Origin: an uncultured Treponema sp.
GTDB taxonomy: Bacteria > Spirochaetota > Spirochaetia > Treponematales > Breznakiellaceae
Assembly (NCBI GenBank): GCA_964446515.1
Contig: CAYUPG010000002.1
Location: 1 to 36,846 of the forward strand
DNA: 36,846 nucleotides
Direction: 5' to 3'
The notes below the pieces were generated by a model. The model had not been told where the DNA came from. It ran no database searches and worked only from the letters and a program-made list of their open reading frames with translations. Of this stretch, positions 23,394 through 31,833 are shown one piece after another. Positions within the stretch are counted from its first letter, which is position 1. The number at the start of each line of letters is the position of its first letter. Made by a program: the position numbers and the translations under genes.

Positions 23394-26171
23394 CTACACC
23401 GCCAGTTTCTCGTTCATCTCATCCATGATCCTGTTCATCCCGTCGCCGAAGAGTTGCCACATCTTGCCGCGGCCGCCGCGTGCGTCGAAGGGCGTGTAGT
23501 CCAGGTCCTCCACGTTGACGTGCACCGAGCTCGCGATATGGTCGCGGATCATGCGGAGCCACGCCATCTGTTCCTCGCTGAACTTTTCGCCCGATCCCGC
23601 GTGACGCGAGAAGATCCAGTCCTGGAAGTTTTTCGCGACCGTACTCTCCCAGGAGCGGAGCTCTTCATCGATCCCGGCCACTCGGCGCAGGAGCGCCACG
23701 AGCGCGATGAGTTCTTTGCCGGGTTTTCCCTGGACCTTTTCAAGATCTTCGTACGCCTGCCAGACCCGCAGCGGCGCCAAGCTCGGCTTGTCGGCCACGA
23801 GCTTTTCAGAGAGTTCCTTTATCATGTCGTAGGTGAGTTCCCTTCGGCGATAGGGCTGGTCGTAGAATAATCGCAGGGCGACGATCTCGTCGCGATGCGA
23901 AACCACCCAGCTGTTGAACTCAGCTACGATGCTTTGCGACCGCGCGTGCCGTGCGTCGTCCCCACCCGCGTATGTTACTTCGTCTATGTTGAGCGAGTCG
24001 ATGGTCTGTTCGTGGGCTCGCCTGACGTTGTCGATATACTCGTTGAAATCGCCGGTGAAGGGACGGGCCGCTTGATTCCGTATGGCAGTGATCCGCTTGC
24101 CGACTTCGGCTTCGACCGCTTCTGGACCTTTTCCGGGGAATTCCGACTGAACCGCCGCGCGGATATCATCTTCCGCGTCCGGGTTGAAGGTCCCCAAGAG
24201 CGCGTGGGCGATCGACGCGAGGCTTGAGCCGCCTGTTCGGCGCTCGACCTCGGTCTTCTCCTTTTCCGACAGCTGCCGATCGAGTCGAGCGAGTCTACTA
24301 GCCAAGGTCGTGAAGAGCTCCTCGTCCCGCGCCCCGGCCGCGATGGCGCCTAGGAGGTCTTTGAGCGGCACGCCGGGCTTCTTGTCCAAGGGGCGGCTAT
24401 CAGTCTTGAGGCTCTTGGTGACGCCTATCGCGTCGACGATGACGAAGTGGTCTTTGGTCAGCTTTGCGCTCGGCGATACCTTCTTGAGATCGTCATAGTC
24501 GATGACCCGCGTCCCACGGCCCTTCATCTGCTCGAAGTAGCCCCGGCTCTTCACGTCGCGCATGAAGAGGAGACATTCCAGGGGCTTCACGTCGGTTCCC
24601 GTGGCGATCATATCCACCGTCACCGCGATGCGCGGATGGTACTCGTTGCGGAACGACGCGAGGATCGATTTGGGATCGTCCTCGGCCTTATAGGTGATCT
24701 TCTTGCAGAAGTTGGATCCTTCGTCGAATTCTTCGCGTATGGCCGCGATGATGTCGTCGGCGTGGCTGTCGGTTTTTGCGAAGACAAGGGTCTTGGGTAC
24801 TTCGAAGACCCCGTCCTCGTCATATCGATCCGGGAAGAGTTCGCTCAGGTGATCCTTGAATGTCCGCACGATCGTCCGGATTTGGCTCGGGTTTATGACA
24901 TCCTTATCAAGTTCTTTCGAGGAATAGTCCTCGTCCTCGTCGAGGAGTTCCATGCGCTTGCGCCGGGAGAGGCGTTCCCGTCGCTCGATGTAGTTCCCCT
25001 TCCAGAGAGTTCCGCCGCCTTTCGAAATCTTCGTCTCGATGAGGAAGACGTCGTAGCCGACGTTGACCCCATCGGCTATGGCCATCTCATGGGTGTATTC
25101 GGACACCACGTTCTCGTGGAAGTACCCATAAGTTCTCTTGTCGGGCGTCGCGGTGAGACCGACCTGAAAGACATCGAAGTAGTCGAGCACCTGCTTCCAA
25201 AGGTTGTAGATGCTCCGGTGGCATTCGTCTATTACGATGAAGTCGAAGAACTCTATAGGGACCTTTTCGCTGTACTCTACCGGGGGCACTTCCTTGGGCA
25301 GCCAGTTATGCTCGGCAGGATTCTCCTCCTCGGACGAGTCGTCCAGATCCTGCCCCTTGAGGATGGAATAGAGCCGCTGGATAGTGCTGATGTACACATG
25401 GTTGTCCTCGGGAATGTACGAGGACGAGAGTCTATGGACGCCATAGAGCGACGAGAAGCTGCGGTTGTCGTCGTTCGGCTGGTATGCCATGAACTCCTGT
25501 TCAGCCTGCTCGCCGAGGTTCTTCGTATCGACGAGAAAGAGGATACGCTTCGCGTTCGTATACTTCAGGAGACGGTAGACGAAGGTGATGGCCGTGAAGG
25601 TCTTCCCCGATCCCGTGGCCATTTGAATGAGGGCCCGCGGCTTATTGGCCTTGAAGGATACCTCAAGCTTCGTGATCGCGTTTATCTGGCAGTCGCGCAA
25701 GCCTTCCGTCGGGAGCGTTGGAAGATCAGCGAAAGATGTACGGAGGGCTTTGCCTTTCTTGAGCCACCCTTGGATCGTCTCGGGACGATGGAAGGTGAAG
25801 ACCTCTCGGAAACGGGGTTTAGGGTCGCGGAAGTCGATGAAGCGCGTGATGGCGCCTGTGGAGAGGTAGACGAAGGGAAGCTGCTGATTGTCCAGATAGC
25901 GGAGCCGGGCACTCGCGTAGCCTTCCGCTTGATCCTCATGGACCGAAAGGCGTTCTCCCTCTTCTTCCCGCTTTGCCTCCACGATCCCGATAGGCTTCAG
26001 GTCCACAAAAAGGGCATAATCAGCCGGACCGATGGAGGTAGAATACTCCCGAACAGCGACCCCGAGTCCCGCGTAGAGGTTGATTTGAGCCTTGTCCTGT
26101 ACGAGCCATCCGCAGGCTCGTAGCTGGCTGTCTATCTCGTCGCGGGCTATCTGCTCAGGGTTTTGGTTCAT
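23394..26171 (-). CDS. hsdR: Type I restriction enzyme, endonuclease/translocase subunit
   Basis: 925 aa. N-terminal nuclease motif (PADYALF...GIVEAKRE), SF2 helicase motifs (MATGSGKTFT, VIDECHRS, GLTATP) and a long helical C-terminus. Confidence 0.92.
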   Translation of the reverse strand: MNQNPEQIARDEIDSQLRACGWLVQDKAQINLYAGLGVAVREYSTSIGPADYALFVDLKPIGIVEAKREEEGERLSVHEDQAEGYASARLRYLDNQQLPFVYLSTGAITRFIDFRDPKPRFREVFTFHRPETIQGWLKKGKALRTSFADLPTLPTEGLRDCQINAITKLEVSFKANKPRALIQMATGSGKTFTAITFVYRLLKYTNAKRILFLVDTKNLGEQAEQEFMAYQPNDDNRSFSSLYGVHRLSSSYIPEDNHVYISTIQRLYSILKGQDLDDSSEEENPAEHNWLPKEVPPVEYSEKVPIEFFDFIVIDECHRSIYNLWKQVLDYFDVFQVGLTATPDKRTYGYFHENVVSEYTHEMAIADGVNVGYDVFLIETKISKGGGTLWKGNYIERRERLSRRKRMELLDEDEDYSSKELDKDVINPSQIRTIVRTFKDHLSELFPDRYDEDGVFEVPKTLVFAKTDSHADDIIAAIREEFDEGSNFCKKITYKAEDDPKSILASFRNEYHPRIAVTVDMIATGTDVKPLECLLFMRDVKSRGYFEQMKGRGTRVIDYDDLKKVSPSAKLTKDHFVIVDAIGVTKSLKTDSRPLDKKPGVPLKDLLGAIAAGARDEELFTTLASRLARLDRQLSEKEKTEVERRTGGSSLASIAHALLGTFNPDAEDDIRAAVQSEFPGKGPEAVEAEVGKRITAIRNQAARPFTGDFNEYIDNVRRAHEQTIDSLNIDEVTYAGGDDARHARSQSIVAEFNSWVVSHRDEIVALRLFYDQPYRRRELTYDMIKELSEKLVADKPSLAPLRVWQAYEDLEKVQGKPGKELIALVALLRRVAGIDEELRSWESTVAKNFQDWIFSRHAGSGEKFSEEQMAWLRMIRDHIASSVHVNVEDLDYTPFDARGGRGKMWQLFGDGMNRIMDEMNEKLAV

Positions 26172-26201
26172 TTGGTTATCCTTCCGGTCTTAATCTATCT
26201 T

Positions 26202-26235
26202 AGTATAACATAAACATTTGTTATTCACGACTCAA
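26202..26235 (-). promoter_or_regulatory. Candidate hsdR promoter
   Basis: On the minus strand: TTGAGT (26230-26235), 17 nt, TATGTT, which overlaps an extended -10-like TGTTATACT (26202-26210). GGAAGG RBS lies before the ATG. Confidence 0.3.
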
Positions 26236-26242
26236 CAATCGA

Positions 26243-26593
26243 ATGGAGGAGTACCGCGGCATCCTCATCTGCACGATCAATATCGTCAAGAACTTGGATG
26301 CCGCCGTCCTCAGACGTTTCCATCTTAAGGCGGAATTCGGCGTCCTATCGGATGGAAACGCAGAATTGCTGTTCCATCGCTTCTTTCCGAAGGTTGATCT
26401 AGGCGACGAACATCGACGCCGATTCATCGCCGCGGGTCCATACGTTCCCGGCGACTTCGCCGCAGTGAACGGCGTCGCGTCGATTCTGCCGGAGGCGGAA
26501 CTGTCGGTAGAGTACTTTCTCAGCACATTCAAGGAAGAGGCTAAGCACCGCAAAACGCGAGCGGCGGCTATCGGCTTTCATATCGGGGACTGA
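26243..26593 (+). pseudogene. 3' fragment of an AAA+ ATPase gene (Walker motifs missing)
   Basis: Begins at ...ILICTINIVKNLDAAVLRRF, the sensor/arginine-finger region of classic AAA modules. There is no upstream P-loop and the frame opens only at 26204. Island-like GC. Confidence 0.55.
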
Positions 26594-26605
26594 AGACCAT
26601 AGCAA
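26591..26605 (+). repeat. Right copy of the island-flanking direct repeat TGAAGACCATAGCAA
   Basis: 14/15 identical to 15747-15761. GC content rises again immediately downstream. Confidence 0.45.
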
Positions 26606-26626
26606 CGCAATAAATCGGGTCCTAGA

Positions 26627-27129
26627 TTGGTTGAACTGTCAAAGCTGACGCCTATCCTGGTTTTGACCGGTGCGCGGCAGTCCGGCAAGACGACCTTGCT
26701 GCGCTCGATTTTTCCCGAGCACCGCTACGTCGGTCTGGACCTTCCCAGCGTTGCGGAGCAGGCGGAGCGGAGTCCCGATCAGTTCCTCGCCGCGAAGCCG
26801 CCGCCGCTGCTCATCGATGAGGTGCAGTATGCCCCCGGCCTATTCCGGCACCTGAAGATCAGAGCGGTCGGGAGATAGACGTACTGCTGGAGCGCGGAGG
26901 GGTCCTGGATCTTCTGGAGATCAAATGGTGCGAAAACCCCGACGATGCCGATGCGGCTCCGCTTGCGGCCGTGGCAAAGGCCCTGTCGGTCCATAGCCCG
27001 AGCTCCAGGCCGGGGACTTCCTATATACTCTGCCGCACCCCCTTTCCCTATTCGCGTCCCGACGGCGTGCGGATCATTTCGCCGGCGGAGCTGCCGGAGT
27101 TGTTTTCGCCCCGGCGGCCCGCGCCCTAG
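26627..27129 (+). pseudogene. Internally deleted and frameshifted ATPase gene (AAA/DUF4143-type)
   Basis: N-terminal piece with the P-loop LTGARQSGKTTLL and Walker B LLIDEVQ ends at TAG 26876-26878. From 26872, in another frame, a C-terminal piece EIDVLLERGGVLDLLEIKW...DGVRIISPAEL runs to TAG 27127-27129. The middle of the gene is missing. Confidence 0.6.
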
Positions 27130-27202
27130 CGCGCGTCCGGCATAGCGGGATCGCCGCAGGGGGTGTATAGTATCGGTACGGCAAGGAGCGGCGAGGACGG
27201 GC

Positions 27203-28288
27203 ATGAGCGACGGGCTGTACACCTTCACCACCGGCGCCTTCGGCGCGGCCTTCCTGATCGTCGGCGCGGGCTTCCTCTTTGAGCCGGGGAAGTCGCGCGT
27301 CCGCAGGGCCTTCGGCTCCCTGTTCCTGGCCCTGGGCTCCGCATATACCCTGAGCCGCTTCAGCATGTCCCTTACCTTGCCGGTTGCGGCCGATACCCTG
27401 CTTGTGCTGGCGATAGTTTTCGCCATGAGCCAATCCCTCTTCGAGATAAGCCTGTACCTCTTCGGGGACGAGGCGGTGCGGGGTTCCCGGCGGCGGGTAT
27501 ACCTGATCGGGGCGTCCTGGTCGCTCTTCCTCTGGCTGCTTCCCGGCTTGGATGTTCTCTTCCGCCTGCAGGCGATAGGTTCCAGCGTGGAAGACGGCAG
27601 GGCCCTGGGTCCCTTCCATTCGTTCGCCGCCGCCGCTCTCTACCTCTGGCCCCTCGCCATAGCGGTGATATCCTTCAAGGCAGGCCGTTGGCACCCCGCA
27701 GACCTTCCGCGGGAGCCCGGGGCCGCCTGGACCTTTCTGGGAGCCCTGGCCGCCGTCGTCCTCGTTCTGATCATCATCGGCCTTTCCCTGGCCGCCTCCT
27801 GGACCGACGGCTATAGAGCCGGGCATACGGCGCTCCAGCTCATGATGCTTTCTTGGTTCTTTTACTTCCAGGCCAATCCCGACGCGTTCAAGCGGGCCCG
27901 CGGGGAGATCGAGCGGAGGCACGCCCAGCGGGAGGCCTTGACGGCCGAGGAGGCGGAGGAGATCGCCGGGCGGCTGCGGAAGGCGGCGGAGTCGGAGTCG
28001 ATCCACACCGTGCCGGATCTCACCCTGGGCATCCTGGCCGGAAAGATCGGCGTTCCCGCCTACAAGCTTTCGGCCTATTTCAACGGATCCCTCGGCATGC
28101 GTTTTCCGGAATGGCTCAACGCCGCCAGGATAGAGCAGGTGCGGAGAAGCCTGCTCGAGAAGCCGGAGCGCAGCATACTGGACCTCTCCCTGGAGGCCGG
28201 CTACATCTCCAAGGGGGTCTTCAATCACCAGTTCCGGCGCCTGGTCGGGATGAGCCCGCGGGAGTACCGGGCGAAGAATTTGTCCTAG
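27203..28288 (+). CDS. Membrane-anchored AraC-family transcriptional regulator
   Basis: N-terminal ~220 aa contain several hydrophobic helices. The C-terminal AraC HTH includes ILDLSLEAGYISKGVFNHQFRRLVGMSPREYR. GAGGA RBS upstream. Confidence 0.8.
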   Translation: MSDGLYTFTTGAFGAAFLIVGAGFLFEPGKSRVRRAFGSLFLALGSAYTLSRFSMSLTLPVAADTLLVLAIVFAMSQSLFEISLYLFGDEAVRGSRRRVYLIGASWSLFLWLLPGLDVLFRLQAIGSSVEDGRALGPFHSFAAAALYLWPLAIAVISFKAGRWHPADLPREPGAAWTFLGALAAVVLVLIIIGLSLAASWTDGYRAGHTALQLMMLSWFFYFQANPDAFKRARGEIERRHAQREALTAEEAEEIAGRLRKAAESESIHTVPDLTLGILAGKIGVPAYKLSAYFNGSLGMRFPEWLNAARIEQVRRSLLEKPERSILDLSLEAGYISKGVFNHQFRRLVGMSPREYRAKNLS

Positions 28289-28296
28289 GGACGTAT

Positions 28297-28311
28297 TGAT
28301 TCATTGAATCA
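28297..28311. promoter_or_regulatory. Perfect 7-1-7 palindrome TGATTCATTGAATCA between the AraC gene and the next gene
   Basis: Seen directly in the sequence. No T-tract follows. Function unknown (operator or stem-loop). Confidence 0.25.
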
Positions 28312-28359
28312 GGACGATGATCCGGCGCGCGGATGCTACCCTGGTAGCGGAGGTACTCC

Positions 28360-30441
28360 TTGCGCCATCCCATTCCTGCCTGGTTACCGAAGGCGGCCGT
28401 AACGGCCGTACTGGCGGCGGCGTTCTCCGTTGCCCCGGCTTCCGCCGAGACTGCGGCCGCCATGACGCTCACGGCGGCCCCCATGGCCGTGTTTCCCCTG
28501 AGCTCCGGGGACTTCGGCTCCAACGAAGATTTCGACCGGGCCTTCGGCGGCTCCGCTTCCTTCGAGTACGCTCCGCAGACCTCGCTTCCCCTTCTCCTCA
28601 GGCTGAGCGGAGCCTATACCGCCGGGGGCCTAAAGCCGGCGGAGGGCGTCGCTATAGAAGGAACGCTCTCGGAGCTTTCCCTGCTGGCAGGCGTCGGGGC
28701 CTACAGGAGCCTGTTCTCCGCCCTGTCTCTCCAGGGCTTCTTGGACGGCGGCGCGGCGCTGGGCAGGCTCGACGATGGGGACGGCGCGGCCTACGCTTCC
28801 CTTCGGGCGGGAGCCGCCCTCAAGCTCAGGATCACCGAGGGCATCTCCGCCCGGCTCGAGGGGGCCTGGACCTACATGTTCGGCCTCTACGGCGGCATCA
28901 GTGCGACCCTCGGTTTAAGCTACGCCTTGCCGACAGGTCGAAACGGCGCGGACCCGCGCCGATTGGAGTTCGTCCCCATCAGGATGGACAACCTATTTCC
29001 CATGTTCAGGTCCTACTACGACGACAACGCCTTGGGCCTGCTCCGGGTCACCAACACCGGGAAGAGCGAGGTCACAGGCGTCAGGATATCCTTCATCATC
29101 CGGCAATACATGGACGCCCCCAAGGAATGCGCGGTCCTGGAGCGTCTTGGACCGGGGGAATCGGCGGAGGTCCCGCTCTACGGCCTCTTCAACGACCGCA
29201 TACTCTCCGTCACGGAGGCGACCAAGGTCGGCGCCGAGGTTATGGTCGAGCACGGGTCCGCCGAAGTCCAGACCAAGAGCTTCACCGTCCTCGTCTACGA
29301 CCGCAACGCCCTGACCTGGGACGACGACCGGCACGCCGCGGCCTTCGTGTCGAGCAAGGATCCCTGGGTGCTCGACCTGTCGGGCAACATAGTCGCGGCG
29401 GTCAAGGATGAGCGCAACCCCGAGGTCCCGGCGAACATACAGACCGCGGCGGCCTTCCACGAGGGGCTGCGGGCCTACGGGCTAAGCTACGTGGTCAGCC
29501 CCAACCGGCCCTTCGCCGCGGGGGCCGCCGACGCTGCGGCCGTGGACAGCCTCAAGTTCCCCCGGCAGACTCTGGGCTACCGGGCGGGGGACTGCGCCGA
29601 CCTGTCGGTGCTGTACGCGTCCTTCCTTGAAGCCGCGGGCATCCGGACGGCCTTCGTCACCGTGCCGGGGCATATTTTCCTAGCCTTCGACTCCGGCCTG
29701 ACCCCGAAGGAGGCGGCCGAGAGGGCCATGGACGAGCGGGAGCTCATCGTCGCGGACGAAAAAGTCTGGATACCCCTGGAGACGACCATGCGCAGCTCCG
29801 GCTTCCTGGAGGCCTGGCGCAAGGCGGCGGCCCAGTGGCGGGAGGCGGGCGCCAGGGGCGTTGCGGGCTTCCATCCGGTGCGCGAGGCCTGGGAGACATT
29901 CCCGCCGGTGGGTCTGCCGGCGGACGGCTCGGCGGTCTCCCCTCCGGCGGCGGCGGCGGTGGGTTCGGCCTTCTCCGCGGAGCTGGCCAAGATAGTCTCC
30001 CTGGAGCTCAACGCGCGGCTTGCCCGCCTGGGCCCCCAGCCGGCTTCCGCCGCGGGGAGGTTCCTCAACGAGCGGGGCATACTCTACGCCAAGTACGGGC
30101 GCTACGACGAGGCGGAGCGGGATCTGCGCGCTGCGGCCAAGGACAAGTACCTGCCCGCGGCGATCAACCTGGGCAACATGGCCTACCTCCGCAGGGATTA
30201 CGCCGCCGCCTACGAGCGCTTCGCCGAGGCTTCCAGGCTCAGCCCGGACAATCCGCGGCTTCTGGTGAGCATGGCCAAGGCGGCTTCCGCCCTGGGACGG
30301 GGCGGCGACGCCGCGTCACTCCTGGAAAAGGTGCGGGCCCTGGACCCCAAGACCGCGGAGCGCTACGCGATGCTTGCGGACGCCTCCGCCTCCGCAGGCC
30401 GCGCGTCCCGGACCGACAACGAGGAGATCCTATGGTTCTAA
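28360..30441 (+). CDS. Secreted multidomain protein: signal peptide, beta-barrel-like region, transglutaminase-like core, TPR repeats
   Basis: TTG start with GGAGG 6 nt upstream. Signal-like AVLAAAFSVAPASA. Alternating-hydrophobic, Gly-rich N-terminal region. Cys-His core GDCADLSVLYASFLEAAGIRTAFVTVPGHIFLAF. C-terminal TPR-like repeats (YAKYGRYDEAERDL..., YLRRDYAAAYERF...). Confidence 0.7.
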   Translation: MRHPIPAWLPKAAVTAVLAAAFSVAPASAETAAAMTLTAAPMAVFPLSSGDFGSNEDFDRAFGGSASFEYAPQTSLPLLLRLSGAYTAGGLKPAEGVAIEGTLSELSLLAGVGAYRSLFSALSLQGFLDGGAALGRLDDGDGAAYASLRAGAALKLRITEGISARLEGAWTYMFGLYGGISATLGLSYALPTGRNGADPRRLEFVPIRMDNLFPMFRSYYDDNALGLLRVTNTGKSEVTGVRISFIIRQYMDAPKECAVLERLGPGESAEVPLYGLFNDRILSVTEATKVGAEVMVEHGSAEVQTKSFTVLVYDRNALTWDDDRHAAAFVSSKDPWVLDLSGNIVAAVKDERNPEVPANIQTAAAFHEGLRAYGLSYVVSPNRPFAAGAADAAAVDSLKFPRQTLGYRAGDCADLSVLYASFLEAAGIRTAFVTVPGHIFLAFDSGLTPKEAAERAMDERELIVADEKVWIPLETTMRSSGFLEAWRKAAAQWREAGARGVAGFHPVREAWETFPPVGLPADGSAVSPPAAAAVGSAFSAELAKIVSLELNARLARLGPQPASAAGRFLNERGILYAKYGRYDEAERDLRAAAKDKYLPAAINLGNMAYLRRDYAAAYERFAEASRLSPDNPRLLVSMAKAASALGRGGDAASLLEKVRALDPKTAERYAMLADASASAGRASRTDNEEILWF

Positions 30442-31556
30442 GAAGAATTCGAGCGGGCGTTCGACCGATGACCGTCTTAGCCCTGATGCTCCTGGCTGCG
30501 GCCTGCGACAACCCCCTGTCCGAGCAGGTGGCGTCCCGAAAGGCCGAGGCCCTTGCTCCCAAGGAGGACACGGGAATCTACATCACCTTCGACGCCAACG
30601 GCGGGTCCGGTACGATGAAGCCGCAGCTTGTTAACCCGGACACGAACATTGCCCTGAAGAGCAATGCATTCACCCGCACCGGCTACAGCTTCGACGGGTG
30701 GGCGACCTCCAGCGAGGGCGGCAGGGCCTATACGGACGGCCAGAATGTGCCCATCGGGTCCACCGGCCTCAGCTTGTTCGCCAAATGGGTCAAGAACAGC
30801 TACAAGGTGGTGTTCCTGCCGAACATTCCTTCGGTTATCGGAGCATACAGCGCTTGGACGGGAACAAGCGGCTCCATGTCGGACCAGCCTTTCCTCTACG
30901 ACACTAGCGCCAACCTATCGAACTGCGGGTACAACCGTGCCGGCTATACCTTCGCAGGGTGGACACCCAACCCGAACAGCGCGAGCCCGACGCTCTATGC
31001 CAACATGGCATCCTACACCATGGGTTCAGCCGACGTGATGCTCTACGCGACGTGGCAGTATACGGGAGCGCCCTATGCCCTTGGCAGCACCGGCCCCGGG
31101 GGGGGGAAAATCATCTACGACAAGGGAAGCTACAGCGACGGATGGCGCTACATGGAGGCGGCAGCCGCCCAAGCCGGCGGCACCCCATGGTGCGGCACCG
31201 CTTGGAGAGAAGTAAATGTACCGACCAGCGGCGCGCTCGGCGCGGGCAAGCAGAACACCAAGGCAATTATAGATGAACTGGGCTTGTCCTTCAGCTACGG
31301 GGCCCGGTACTGCGCCGAGTACGTATCCAACGGCTTCAACGACTGGTTCATGCCGAGTCGAGATGAAGTGGAGCGCATCAAGGTTGCCCTGAATGACATT
31401 GGATACTACACCGGGATTTGGTCATCGACTCTGAGTGATCCCTGGTTGGCATTAATTGGAAACGACGGAGTAGGACAAACCGGCTGGGGCTTCAGCAACT
31501 TTAAAACCGCCGCACCTAACTCTACTTACTACCAGCGCCCCGTCCGCCGCTTCTGA
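30432..31556 (+). CDS. Lipoprotein with two InlB-type B-repeats (Listeria-Bacteroides repeat) and a DUF1566-like C-terminal domain
   Basis: Lipobox LLAAAC. Repeats ITFDANGGSGTM...TRTGYSFDGWAT...LFAKW and ...NRAGYTFAGWTP...LYATW. C-terminal NDWFMPSRDEVERI resembles the DUF1566 motif. GGAG lies 5 nt before the ATG. Alternative start at 30468. Confidence 0.75.
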   Translation: MVLRRIRAGVRPMTVLALMLLAAACDNPLSEQVASRKAEALAPKEDTGIYITFDANGGSGTMKPQLVNPDTNIALKSNAFTRTGYSFDGWATSSEGGRAYTDGQNVPIGSTGLSLFAKWVKNSYKVVFLPNIPSVIGAYSAWTGTSGSMSDQPFLYDTSANLSNCGYNRAGYTFAGWTPNPNSASPTLYANMASYTMGSADVMLYATWQYTGAPYALGSTGPGGGKIIYDKGSYSDGWRYMEAAAAQAGGTPWCGTAWREVNVPTSGALGAGKQNTKAIIDELGLSFSYGARYCAEYVSNGFNDWFMPSRDEVERIKVALNDIGYYTGIWSSTLSDPWLALIGNDGVGQTGWGFSNFKTAAPNSTYYQRPVRRF

Positions 31557-31588
31557 TCCCATGCGGCCGTACCGCGTCTTCCCGAGGA

Positions 31589-31730
31589 GTGGGGGTGGCG
31601 CGGGATCGCCGAGGCCCTGGGGACGAGGAAGCCCGCGCCCAGGGGGAGCCGCGTCGGCGGGGTTGCTGAAGGCCGGACAGGCCGGTCGGCCGTAAGGCCG
31701 ACCGGCTTTTCCGGAAAGGGTGCTCCCCCT
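31589..31730 (+). repeat. GC-rich intergenic repeat element, copy B (contains the terminator hairpin)
   Basis: The same three ordered blocks as copy A: block 1 about 33/40 identical, block 2 27/31, block 3 13/13. Confidence 0.6.
31681..31710 (+). terminator. Rho-independent terminator
   Basis: GCCGGTCGGCC, GTAA, GGCCGACCGGC, TTTT: a perfect 11-bp stem, a GNRA-type tetraloop and a T-run, 125 nt after the lipoprotein stop. Confidence 0.8.
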
Positions 31731-31833
31731 TTTATTTAAAATTTTCGAGCAAATTTTATTTAATGGCGGAGAAAAAGCGGGATCCATGCTATAGTCTGCA
31801 ATGTAGAACCAAAATAATTCGAGACAAGGGCTT

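Larger units (their letters stand above)
15747..26605. mobile_element. Lower-GC genomic (defence) island; no integrase or transposase seen
   Basis: Visibly lower GC: spot-counted 60-nt lines in the hsdS variable regions give 28-42%, against above 65% in the flanks. All genes are restriction or toxin-antitoxin related. Bounded by the 14/15 direct repeat and flanked on the right by gene remnants. Confidence 0.6.

Noticed and set aside
27074-28228. 384-aa minus-strand ORF; similarly 32086-33582 (498 aa), 8045-9064, 9079-9969 and 10774-11790
   Set aside because: All are antisense shadows of well-supported plus-strand genes in GC-rich DNA.
29835-30431. 5' extension of ORF 29835-31556
   Set aside because: It overlaps the transglutaminase/TPR gene out of frame and is Gly/Arg-rich. 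A GGAG RBS and a lipoprotein signal peptide begin at 30432.
31557-31742. Open frame continuing in phase after the lipoprotein TGA (possible readthrough extension)
   Set aside because: The frame runs through the repeat element and the terminator hairpin. The predicted peptide is low-complexity, and nothing suggests programmed readthrough.
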